The position numbers and the translations under genes were made by a program. Shown one piece after another: positions 1 to 9,179 of a DNA stretch of 64,000 nt (positions within the stretch are counted from its first letter, which is position 1; each line of letters starts with the position of its first letter). The notes beneath the pieces were generated by a model. The model saw only the letters and a program-made list of their open reading frames with translations. It was not told where the DNA came from and ran no database searches. Source of the stretch: Giardia intestinalis (lineage: Eukaryota); NCBI GenBank assembly GCA_000002435.2, contig CM018793.1, one strand, 5' to 3'.

Positions 1-32
1 ACGAAGAGATACTCTGCAACGAGTTTCCCCAA

Positions 33-1127
33 ATGGAGTTTGCTGATCCAGGTCTGAGCAGCACACTCCGGGGAGTTACCAGTATCTCTGCGCCCATCTC
101 ATTGACTCCGCAAGTGAATAGAGTCCTCGAGAATGTCCATTCTCCACCATCTCTTGCAGAGCAGGTACATGCTGTCGGTGACGGTGTCATGTTTGCTAGC
201 GACGATGCGCTGTATCGTCAGCCTTTGCCAGGCTTTCCGGTAACAGTCAGCACTACCACTACTACTCAGCCTCAGAATAGCTCCTCTACCCAATTCCCAG
301 CATCAAATAACTGGCTTGTTAAGCAGTCGGAGATCAGACCACATGATTCCTCTGTGGCAAATCTTAATACCTCGTTCGATGCCAACGAACAATCTTCTAG
401 CAATAATTTATCAAAATTACAATTCAATCCGAATCAAGGATTGTTCAACCCTTCGCAATCCTCGTATGACTTTCAACGTCTTCAACTTGCCACTCAATCA
501 TCCGGAAAGCAAATTCAGTATCATGCCGCCTTGGCCAGACCGTCCATGTTGAGGAGATTGCAGATAAGGAATCAGAATTTTACAGACGAAAATATAGTAA
601 CCTTTTTGAACTCACTTCCGCCCGTTGAGCTCTTGGTGATAGGTTCACTGCGGAATTTGACCAGCATGTTTGATCCTTCCCTACTTCCGATGTCCCTAGT
701 CAGTCTCCAGTTAGATGAAATTCCCTCTCACTTGCTTGAGACTGCCCTGCAGGTTGTTAAATCCCGAAACATTCAGGATCTATCCATTACCGTTTACAAC
801 CCAGAGGCAAAGTCCACGCTGGTAGATAGATCAAAATGGGAAGGCCACGAGGTAGCAGAAGGAGGGAGCGTATCTAATACCATGATCACACACAGGCATG
901 AGCCCTTTACGACGTACAATAGCGCAGGAAGCATGCACCAAGAGCCATCAGAATACCCTCGCCAGCACATTGAGTTGCATGCAACAAGTCCTCTCAGAAA
1001 AACGACTTCTAATGAGTCCAGCTTGTCAATAGACCAAGGACCTGGTGCTATCGTAGATTATTCTGATCATTCTAACATTGGGCACTACTCCGATTGGCAC
1101 GATCATATTAACGACTTTGGGTATTAG
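33..1127 (+). CDS. Hypothetical Ser/Thr/Asn/Gln-rich protein, probably 5'-partial
   Basis: Long ORF. The reading frame stays open upstream to nt 3 with no stop, so the true start may lie outside the window. Low-complexity S/T/N/Q-rich composition with no recognisable domain. Confidence 0.45.
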   Translation: MEFADPGLSSTLRGVTSISAPISLTPQVNRVLENVHSPPSLAEQVHAVGDGVMFASDDALYRQPLPGFPVTVSTTTTTQPQNSSSTQFPASNNWLVKQSEIRPHDSSVANLNTSFDANEQSSSNNLSKLQFNPNQGLFNPSQSSYDFQRLQLATQSSGKQIQYHAALARPSMLRRLQIRNQNFTDENIVTFLNSLPPVELLVIGSLRNLTSMFDPSLLPMSLVSLQLDEIPSHLLETALQVVKSRNIQDLSITVYNPEAKSTLVDRSKWEGHEVAEGGSVSNTMITHRHEPFTTYNSAGSMHQEPSEYPRQHIELHATSPLRKTTSNESSLSIDQGPGAIVDYSDHSNIGHYSDWHDHINDFGY

Positions 1128-1218
1128 CATATATGCGAATTTTATTTTAGTCTCAGACTCCTCATAATCTAGTTTAACTGTACTAGTATCTGACTAGCAT
1201 GCCAGAGAAAAAAGACAT

Positions 1219-4200
1219 CTATACGTTATCTGCAGATGGCATAAGGGTTAGAACTGGTAGCACCATGCTCTTTCCTGTAAAGGGACTGAATATGCAGCGC
1301 AGGGCAGATACAGTACTGCTTCTGCTTATCAGGAGTACCTCGGGCGTGTGCTCCCCATGATCTAGATAGCTTTGGCGGCGGCGCTTCCACTCATTCAAAG
1401 TCTCAGAATTGCTGCACAAGGCTTCGTTTCCGGTAACGCAGAAAAGCGCCATATCCTTATATTCGTTAAGACTATCCGTTGAAATCACGTTAGACACAGC
1501 GAACTGTACATCAGAGTACCTCTCCAGAAGCTTGTTGCACGAGCATATTAGATCGCGAGCAACGGAAAATAGTCCCACTCGAAGTGCAGCAACTCCCCCA
1601 AGGTAGTACGAGAGCACGGCTGCTGTTTGGGTGGATAGTTCAACTGGACTAAGAGGGTAACCCCGAATCAAGTTGTAGAGGCAAGCAAGCTCTATAGACT
1701 GCAACTCCCACTTGGGGTCCCTAAGAGCAGCCAGGACGAATGCATTGATTTTAGCTGTCAATGCTCCAAAGATATGTTCTATGGCGTGAACGATAGAAGG
1801 AGCAGAGGGGTGTGAGGCTAGTCTATAGGCTCGCCCAATGTATACAGAAAGAGAGTGGGGATCCAAGAGTCCTGATCCACTCTGAAACAGTTCTCGTGGA
1901 CTCTTTCCATAGAGATTAATCTCAACCAGCTCGGTATCTGCAAGTGCATCTGCACTATCTCGGTCAGATGCTGTATCATATGGAAAATAGGTCTTTGCAA
2001 GAAGAAGGGTTTTGACGTAATACAATCCACGCAATATCCTTCCAGCGTGGATGAAAGAAAACCAACTTGGCAGGTAAATGCCGTAGCAATCAACGGGCCT
2101 GGCGGTTGCCTGGCGACCACGCGCAGCAGACAGCAGAAGATCTAGCATCTCGCTGCCCAGGCTCGATTGGATAACGAGTTCTGCTGCACCGTAAATACTC
2201 ATAAAGTCTCCCTGTAGTGGATCTGAAAGAGTCAATAGTGCAGCAGGAAACGCTTCTCCCGTAAGTACTAGGATTCTACACGCGAGTTTGGCATTGTTTT
2301 CAGCGACGAGCTCAAGGGCAGCCTTAATAGACTTTCCATTTGCTAAGAAGTTCATAGCCGTATGGTACATAATAAGAGTGCGTAGATGCAACGAAAGATC
2401 CGTGTCCTCCACTTTGTATGCAATAATCTTGGCCAGGGTCGTTTCTCCGCTGACACAGCACTCGTAGCATGCCTGCCGAATAAGGCTGTAGCTGCCCGTG
2501 AGAGTATGAACAATTTGCCCCAGAATTATCAGCTCAATAAGTGGCGTAATCATTTCCTTTAGGTTCATCCTTACCTGCAGAGATGTAGAGGCAACGGTCT
2601 CAGTGATGGTTGAGGCAAGCTCTTGGCGTGCTTCAGGGGTCGGCAAGAGAGGCATTAGCATAGTCAGATACTTATCTGCCCGCAAATACTTAAACAATTC
2701 CATCATGCACGGGACATCGCCCAATGCAACGAAAAGCTTAAGGGCAATTAAAAACTGGTGTTTGTATGCTTCAGACTTAAGTGTGGGCTGCTTCCGGACA
2801 AATTCATAGAATTGATATTTTGTTTTAGAGAACCCGGGATCAGTTTCATAAATAGGAGCCTTTGAAGATGTCAAACTTTTCATGCAAAGCTTGGCCAGAT
2901 TCAGGGCCTCCCAAAGGAGAACCGGGCCAGTCGCCACAATACCATCTGTCACCAAAAATTCCTGCAGAGCTAGCTCATGAGTTACGACCCTTTTGGGACT
3001 GAACACATCAGTTGAGGCAAAGAGCAAGTAGTCAAAGAGCTTCATTAGCTGAAGAATCCCTGCATCGACAGGATAAAATAGAGAGAGTATAGCCCCGAAA
3101 ATCCTATTCGGAGAAAGCTGAACTGGCAAGAGTTCAGAAGATGCCGAAGCATCCTTGCTGGACGTATTCAATGTTGTTGCAAGCAGCTCTCCCCGTTCTT
3201 TGCTTGCAGACCCTGCAAGGAGGGCAAGAGCATGAGATAGCTCGGGCCCGTTGGTAGAAGAGTATGACTTCTTAAAATTGTGATAGAGAAGCGGTTCCTC
3301 TGTTGCAATACGACAAATGCTATTATATGCGTTTAAAATAAGGCCTTGAGCTTCGGTGCTAGAGGCGTCCGTTAAATATTCGGCAACATCCTCAAGTGTA
3401 TAGTCACGACTGCCAGGCTGCGCCCTGTTCTGTGCAAAAAACGCGGACAGAGCCCCAAGCGTTGCATGCATCATAGCTCGTTGTCCCAATTCCATGCCCC
3501 TTATATGAATTCTGCGGATAGTTACGTCTCGTGAGCTCACCACCATTTCAAATGGATAAGATGGAGAAATAGAGATCCCATAGACATCAGACTTGAAAGA
3601 AAAGCACGCCAGCTCAATGCCTGCAAGCCAATTCCATGCCCTGATTGTTGTATCCCATGATCCACTGAAGAGAATGTGTGGCAACTCTGGATGGAACTTC
3701 AATGGCCGTACGCGACTTGTATGCCCCTTAAGAGTACTGATGGCTGATATGCGTAGTGAAGTCTGGCTCCGTTTTGATTCAGGTACAATGTCTGCAGGGC
3801 AAGAGCCATCAGACAACAAGATGGGTCCTGTGCTGATGGGTGTACCAAAGGATAGCCTGAAGACTCTGATGGTACCATCATGGGAGGATGTAGCCAAAAT
3901 GTCAGCAATAAGGGGATGAAATACAACCTTAAAGCAACCGCTGTCGTGTGCCTTGAAGGATCCTAGATGAGGCACCGGAACAAGCTTTGATAATTTCAGA
4001 TTCAACTCTGATGCACGAAAGCGTATAGCTGACTCATCCATGTTTAGGTACCCCACATCATAGATATGTACCTTTCCATCTTCAGAAGCACATGCCAGAA
4101 GTGGGAAGTACGGTGAAAAGGCAAGCCCGTAAAGTGGAAACCTCCCAGATACAAATTCTATGTAATTCTTGGTGAAGTCAGCCGATGTAAATCCAGTGGT

Positions 4201-6069
4201 GGAAAGCCCTAGCTGAACAGAGCGGTTAAAGGGGTAAATCCGAGCCTTACCATCTAAGCTTGACGTGGCACAGAGGCACCCATATGAGTTAGTCCATGCA
4301 TTGGAGATGACCCTGCCAGCGTGTGTTTCCAAGACCGCATAAATAGAGCCCCTCCAGACATCCACAATTGCACTTGCTCCATTGTGAGAAGAGAGCAGAG
4401 CAAGGCATGACGCCGGGCGAGGGTCCCAGCTAGCACAGATTAGAGGCCCCAGAAACCGCGATGTATCGACAGCTCCACCATCAACCTTTAATCCCGTGGT
4501 AATGCTGGCTTCGCTAATAGACGCATTCTTACCCATATTGGTTATATGATTACCTCCAATACTGCCAAACTGGCCCTCCAGAGATGTTCCAGTGGAGTCT
4601 ATCCGCCAAAGCTTTGCCGTGCAATCAGCCGACAGTGAAATGTAGAACTTAGTGAGCTCCTCGTGGTAGCACACATCCAGAATAGATTCTATGTGGCTTG
4701 GATCCGTTTTATGGTTTATAGTGTATTGATTGCAATCAATCGAGAAGATAGATCCTGTGGATGTACATCCAACAAGATATGTGATGGTCATAGAAGCACG
4801 CTTTGTTGGAGACGTCGGGGAATGTGCACTATCTAAAGAAGAGCCCTGAAAGAATGAATCAATACTGAGGAAGTCGTTGTCGCTATAAAGATTGGTTCCT
4901 CCCTCCTTTTGTAACGGCTCAGAACACCGGAGAGCGAGAATGTCTAGCCCACGGGATACGACAATTGTGTGATGCACCTCATTGACGGATAGCTCAGTGC
5001 ACTCTGTATCATCAAGGGTTTTGGCAAGTACATTAATATTGCAGATCTTTATAATTCCAGAGGAAAACCCAATCGCAATTAACCCTGGCTTATGCCGAAG
5101 GAAGCACGCGCAGCGTACTCCATCTATCTTGCGCCGACCAGTCAAGCGAGTAGGAACAGGAACAAAATCATGCAGCAATAATGTCCCGCAGGAATACACG
5201 CTTAATACTAAACGCGAGAAATTCTGATTAAACGGGTCAACGTCCACCGATAGAGCGCTTGAGTAGTTAACACCAAACTGCAAGAGACCCGGTGTCAGAT
5301 AGATCATGGCAGCACTATTAGAGGTTAGCTTGACTCCGGTATTAGTAGCTAACTGATATGCATTATATCCCACAGGAAGTTGCGTGTCTGCTTTCAGGTC
5401 TAATCCGAGAAACTTGTAACGCTGCTTGTCAGTAGTCAATGCCTGATAATCATCTGATGAGATCGCTGCATACAAAGCCTCTGCACCTTTTTGTAGCATG
5501 AAGAGGCGTCCACTAAGGAGTCCGCCAAGTAGAATACCACTACTCGGATTGTCTCGAGTTTGTATGCCTACTTGTGCACTTTCAAACTTCACCGCTCGCA
5601 AGATATTGGTGTGCAAATAGTCGGGGAGTGATGCATGTACAACCTTGTTCGTCTCTGTGTCCAGAATGCCCAAAATGTCATGCAGTCTAGAAACGAGAAC
5701 CAGGTAGCGGTCACCAGCTCCCGCAAAGTCGGCAACGTCAAAGCACGGTACGCTAGAACTTCTGCTAGCATAGTCTTCATCGTATATCTTCAAGCCCACC
5801 TGTACTGTGTTGATGGGGTGTGTGAGATGGGGAACCTGGAAAAAAGTGCACTCTCCTGACCTCATAATAGCGGCGAGAACTCCTTTGGTGTTGCATGCAA
5901 TCGCTGAAATCCCCGATTTGCTTGTAAACGAAGAAATATGTCGGCGGAAGGGAATGTCTAATATAACTACTGTGGTTGTTGATGCATAAATAGCATATCT
6001 ATCATAGCAGGAGATCGTATTCGGTGTGTATAGGCCGCACCCTGGATGGGTGCACTGCCATTCTTGCAT
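1219..6069 (-). CDS. Large WD40-repeat plus alpha-solenoid (TPR-like) protein, about 1616 aa, with coat/IFT-like architecture
   Basis: Very long ORF. The track start at 6135 is GTG, and the first in-frame ATG is at 6067-6069 (MQEWQC...). WD40 signatures are present, for example GHTSRVRPLKFHPELPHILFSGSWDTTIRAWNW and SSHDGTIRVFRL. The C-terminal half is helical repeat. The sequence alone does not assign a family. Confidence 0.6.
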   Translation of the reverse strand: MQEWQCTHPGCGLYTPNTISCYDRYAIYASTTTVVILDIPFRRHISSFTSKSGISAIACNTKGVLAAIMRSGECTFFQVPHLTHPINTVQVGLKIYDEDYASRSSSVPCFDVADFAGAGDRYLVLVSRLHDILGILDTETNKVVHASLPDYLHTNILRAVKFESAQVGIQTRDNPSSGILLGGLLSGRLFMLQKGAEALYAAISSDDYQALTTDKQRYKFLGLDLKADTQLPVGYNAYQLATNTGVKLTSNSAAMIYLTPGLLQFGVNYSSALSVDVDPFNQNFSRLVLSVYSCGTLLLHDFVPVPTRLTGRRKIDGVRCACFLRHKPGLIAIGFSSGIIKICNINVLAKTLDDTECTELSVNEVHHTIVVSRGLDILALRCSEPLQKEGGTNLYSDNDFLSIDSFFQGSSLDSAHSPTSPTKRASMTITYLVGCTSTGSIFSIDCNQYTINHKTDPSHIESILDVCYHEELTKFYISLSADCTAKLWRIDSTGTSLEGQFGSIGGNHITNMGKNASISEASITTGLKVDGGAVDTSRFLGPLICASWDPRPASCLALLSSHNGASAIVDVWRGSIYAVLETHAGRVISNAWTNSYGCLCATSSLDGKARIYPFNRSVQLGLSTTGFTSADFTKNYIEFVSGRFPLYGLAFSPYFPLLACASEDGKVHIYDVGYLNMDESAIRFRASELNLKLSKLVPVPHLGSFKAHDSGCFKVVFHPLIADILATSSHDGTIRVFRLSFGTPISTGPILLSDGSCPADIVPESKRSQTSLRISAISTLKGHTSRVRPLKFHPELPHILFSGSWDTTIRAWNWLAGIELACFSFKSDVYGISISPSYPFEMVVSSRDVTIRRIHIRGMELGQRAMMHATLGALSAFFAQNRAQPGSRDYTLEDVAEYLTDASSTEAQGLILNAYNSICRIATEEPLLYHNFKKSYSSTNGPELSHALALLAGSASKERGELLATTLNTSSKDASASSELLPVQLSPNRIFGAILSLFYPVDAGILQLMKLFDYLLFASTDVFSPKRVVTHELALQEFLVTDGIVATGPVLLWEALNLAKLCMKSLTSSKAPIYETDPGFSKTKYQFYEFVRKQPTLKSEAYKHQFLIALKLFVALGDVPCMMELFKYLRADKYLTMLMPLLPTPEARQELASTITETVASTSLQVRMNLKEMITPLIELIILGQIVHTLTGSYSLIRQACYECCVSGETTLAKIIAYKVEDTDLSLHLRTLIMYHTAMNFLANGKSIKAALELVAENNAKLACRILVLTGEAFPAALLTLSDPLQGDFMSIYGAAELVIQSSLGSEMLDLLLSAARGRQATARPVDCYGIYLPSWFSFIHAGRILRGLYYVKTLLLAKTYFPYDTASDRDSADALADTELVEINLYGKSPRELFQSGSGLLDPHSLSVYIGRAYRLASHPSAPSIVHAIEHIFGALTAKINAFVLAALRDPKWELQSIELACLYNLIRGYPLSPVELSTQTAAVLSYYLGGVAALRVGLFSVARDLICSCNKLLERYSDVQFAVSNVISTDSLNEYKDMALFCVTGNEALCSNSETLNEWKRRRQSYLDHGEHTPEVLLISRSSTVSALRCIFSPFTGKSMVLPVLTLMPSADNV

Positions 6070-6080
6070 TTTTTTAAGGT

Positions 6081-6974
6081 ATGAATGCAGAAGCCACAGA
6101 AGTCTTGCAACACTGCTCGCCTCTTCAGCGGACACGAACGTACAGGTGCTTATATATCAATAACGCCATTGAGGATGGCAAAATCATAGTTCCAGAGTTG
6201 ATATACGAGTCCAAGTACACACCCAACACAGTCACAGCGCTTCTTCAGCATGCGGAGGCGCGCAAAAAATATGCTTCAGGCAACCCCATTGGCCGGAACA
6301 AGCGTCCTCTTCAAAGCAGACAGGCATCCATTCTGAGAAAGAGCGATTATATAACACCAATTTCCGCGCCCTCTACTTCTCCACATCAGCGTCCATTCCT
6401 TCCTAACATCGGACGACCCGGTGCCAAACCTTTGTCTTCTGCCAGTGCGCATATCTCTAAGATAGCAACTACAGCTAAGCATGAAACTCCTGTGTCCCCG
6501 ACACTCACTTCTACCCCACACTTCCTTGAAGCTAACCACATTGTGCAGCTGACATTCACTCCAGATGGTACCCACAGTTCACAAGCGTTTTCACCAAGCA
6601 GGGTGGCTCCAGGAAGTCCTACTATAAAGACCCCTAAGCAGTTCTTGGACGTTTCACCGCACAGCTCTATTAAGTCCCACCTGAAAGACCGGCCAGAACA
6701 CAGAGCTGATCAAAACTCTTTATTAGGCGCAGGGCACCTGCATACTCCAGCCCCATCTCGTGTACATAGTCGCTTACAAGGTACCAATTCTGCCCTTGGT
6801 GTTGCTCCAGACAATAACATTCCTTCAAAGTACAAGGGTAGCACAAAGGCTCCAAGTGTAGACCCAGGCTTTTCTGTCCGAAGTGTTGTTAATGATCTTT
6901 TAGCGTTGCCTACTCCTCAAATACATTGCACATCACCCTCTCTTCGCATGCGCTTTCTAAACAGTAACCAATGA
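6081..6974 (+). CDS. Hypothetical Ser/Pro/Thr-rich protein
   Basis: ATG at 6081 lies 11 bp from the divergent start of the WD40 gene. It is the only ORF in an otherwise 1.4-kb gene-free stretch. Low complexity, no recognisable domain. Confidence 0.4.
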   Translation: MNAEATEVLQHCSPLQRTRTYRCLYINNAIEDGKIIVPELIYESKYTPNTVTALLQHAEARKKYASGNPIGRNKRPLQSRQASILRKSDYITPISAPSTSPHQRPFLPNIGRPGAKPLSSASAHISKIATTAKHETPVSPTLTSTPHFLEANHIVQLTFTPDGTHSSQAFSPSRVAPGSPTIKTPKQFLDVSPHSSIKSHLKDRPEHRADQNSLLGAGHLHTPAPSRVHSRLQGTNSALGVAPDNNIPSKYKGSTKAPSVDPGFSVRSVVNDLLALPTPQIHCTSPSLRMRFLNSNQ

Positions 6975-7529
6975 AGCCTGGGCCTATTATCTTCTACTTG
7001 TCTGTTGGCACATACCGGCACTTTTCTTTAACGAGAAGGAATTGCGTGATACTCACTCCTTTGCTCTATATCACGTTATCCGCTAGACTGCTAATTAGGT
7101 AGTATTTTTGCAGCTAGAGCTTAATTGTAAGTTTTGTCAAGTATCAATCTAGCAATCTTGAATCTATTAATAAAGTGAGATTAAATAGATTGCAACCAGG
7201 ATAAGGCCAGATATGATACTTTCCCTAACAATGCTTTAAGCAAGAGATCTATGCTTGTCAAAGAGCTCGTTGCTGTTCCATTTGTTCTCCTTTGTTTTGC
7301 TATAACTGTTTCAGTATTGAGCCTTTATCTATAAACTAATCGTAGTTTTGTATAAGTAAATGCACAGGGTCTCCGGCGCAGCGTAGGAAGGCTATGCGTA
7401 CTTCGACCACGACGCGCCCAGCCTTGAAGGTGTATGCAGCAAAGACGGGTGACTAAGATACAAAGTTTATTGTTCATGAATAAGTTGTCCCGGTGGAAAA
7501 GCACGGGAAGATTTAAGAGAAAGATCTAA

Positions 7530-9146
7530 ATGACTTCGCCATCTTTTCAGGAGCGCTCAAACGAGCTTGATGCTGCTTATTCAGCGCTCACAGAAGCTTC
7601 CTTTGATGAATACAAGGCCAAAACAGTCCAGTTTCTGGATAGCTACCCCTACTGTTATGAGTATTGGAAGAAGCTTGCAAGTGCAGCTCTCCAGTATCGT
7701 AACATGGAGGAGGCCTTGCTGATATACCAGCAAGCCATAGATACCATTCCGTATTGCTGGCAGCTTTGGGCTGGATATATAGGCTTTGCCAAGCAATGTG
7801 GTGCCACCCCTGCCTACTCGCACGCGTTTACTCCAGAGGTTATTATTCAGCTCTATCGCTTAGCTCTTGATGAGTACGTTGGAGAGATATACATGTCCAC
7901 AACCCTTTGGAAAGATTATCTCCAATTTTCTGTCGACCAGGTACTGGCAAGCAACGAACTCGATCAGGAGGCTGTTACTACTATTCTGAACACTTATATG
8001 TACATATTCACCGGGGCTGCTAAGTCCGATTCGTCTGCACTAGGCGTTATATTGAGAACCTCCGCCATAACTCTCTTAAATCTATATGAAAAACACCTCA
8101 ATCTTGTAATAAATAAGTTTCCCTCTGTCGGGGATTTTGGCCAGCTGCTATCCAAGGCCAAAGGTGCTTTTAGAGAATGCTACGACACAGATGCAGCTGT
8201 ACAACGGTTGTCCCTGTATGCGTGCATTGATAAGCGATCGTTTTATCACCACAGCCCATTCAAGCCAGAGCTGCTGGGTCGCTTTCGAGCACTTTACAGA
8301 GTACTCGTAGACGACTTGGCTACACCAGACAGAAGCAGTTGGACATCTGCAGAAGTCCAATCCGTCCTCTGTATATGTTGTGACTACGTTGACTTCTGGG
8401 TACTTTATATTAGAGCTCTTGTCCACAGCCAAGCGTATGAAGAGGCGCTTAATGTCTGCAACACTGCATTGTCCAGGTGCCACACTGGGTCCTCTGGCGC
8501 TATCTTATCGGCACTTCACATTGAGAAACTTCAAATCTTGGAATTGCAGAAGGATATGCCGGCATTAGATGATCTTGTCGTGTGCCTGTCAAATGACTTT
8601 TCAGGAGACCCCCTCGTTGTCTTAGCCCTGGCAAAGCACTGTTATAGGCAACAAAATTATGATAAGTGCATTGATATCATCTGCCAGTATGTTAATAGTA
8701 ATGCTAATTGTGGTGAATCCGTCACTGTATTGCGATCAATTTGCCGGCTCTTAAGCGCCTCGTTCTTTGCTAATCTCGATAAAAAGGACCCAGATAAAGT
8801 GATGGAGCAGACATTATCTAAGTTAGACAGTATCTATGCAAATATATTGAAGACGTCTTCTCTCCCCAGGGATGGAGTCAAGATGTTGGCTGTGGAGCGG
8901 ATGATCTCGGCACAGACAGCACGTGAAGTAGGATATCCATGTTATTTCACCCGCGTAAGGGATATTATTTACCGCGATTACTCAGAAGATCCCGATATCC
9001 TCGAAGCAGCTCTTTATACTCATATGCAGTGGCTGCAACTCCACGGCCAACTAACCGAAATTATTGAAGCAGAGGCACTTTTGCTTAGAGCTGTTCCTAG
9101 CCATCTATATTCTTATGTAGATGTCGTAGCCAAGAGCGCATCTTGA
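7530..9146 (+). CDS. HAT (half-a-TPR) repeat protein, Prp39-like (U1 snRNP-associated splicing factor)
   Basis: N-terminal YPYCYEYWKKLASAA and IPYCWQLWAGYIGF closely match the Prp39/PRPF39 signature YPYCYGYWKKYAD ... IPLSVDLWIHYINF. The rest is helical repeats. Bounded by an ATG start and TGA stop. Confidence 0.6.
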   Translation: MTSPSFQERSNELDAAYSALTEASFDEYKAKTVQFLDSYPYCYEYWKKLASAALQYRNMEEALLIYQQAIDTIPYCWQLWAGYIGFAKQCGATPAYSHAFTPEVIIQLYRLALDEYVGEIYMSTTLWKDYLQFSVDQVLASNELDQEAVTTILNTYMYIFTGAAKSDSSALGVILRTSAITLLNLYEKHLNLVINKFPSVGDFGQLLSKAKGAFRECYDTDAAVQRLSLYACIDKRSFYHHSPFKPELLGRFRALYRVLVDDLATPDRSSWTSAEVQSVLCICCDYVDFWVLYIRALVHSQAYEEALNVCNTALSRCHTGSSGAILSALHIEKLQILELQKDMPALDDLVVCLSNDFSGDPLVVLALAKHCYRQQNYDKCIDIICQYVNSNANCGESVTVLRSICRLLSASFFANLDKKDPDKVMEQTLSKLDSIYANILKTSSLPRDGVKMLAVERMISAQTAREVGYPCYFTRVRDIIYRDYSEDPDILEAALYTHMQWLQLHGQLTEIIEAEALLLRAVPSHLYSYVDVVAKSAS

Positions 9147-9159
9147 GGTCTCTGTAAAA

Positions 9160-9166
9160 AGTAAAT
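9160..9166 (+). promoter_or_regulatory. AGTAAAT, a Giardia-type poly(A) signal (AGTRAAY) for the upstream Prp39-like gene
   Basis: AGTAAAT sits 14 nt after the TGA stop (9144-9146) and 14 nt before the next ATG (9180). Confidence 0.5.
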
Positions 9167-9179
9167 TCTAAAAGCCAAC

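Noticed and set aside
1219-6069. Assigning the WD40/solenoid protein to a specific IFT, BBSome or coat subunit
   Set aside because: The architecture is compatible with several families (IFT172/140/144, Elp1, coat or nucleoporin beta-propeller/alpha-solenoid proteins). I could not see family-specific motifs without profile searches.
6135-6135. Track N-termini beginning at GTG/TTG (6135, 24300, 34509, 38012, 42098, 47987, 51178, 51199, 60582)
   Set aside because: Nuclear genes of this eukaryote initiate at ATG. The first in-frame ATG was used instead, which also removes implausible overlaps with neighbouring genes.
8148-8483. Minor antisense/overlapping ORFs inside large genes, such as 8148..8483, 10247..10627, 15116..15856, 19209..19451 and 29945..30379
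   Set aside because: Each is embedded antisense or out of frame within a strongly supported long CDS and has no independent support.
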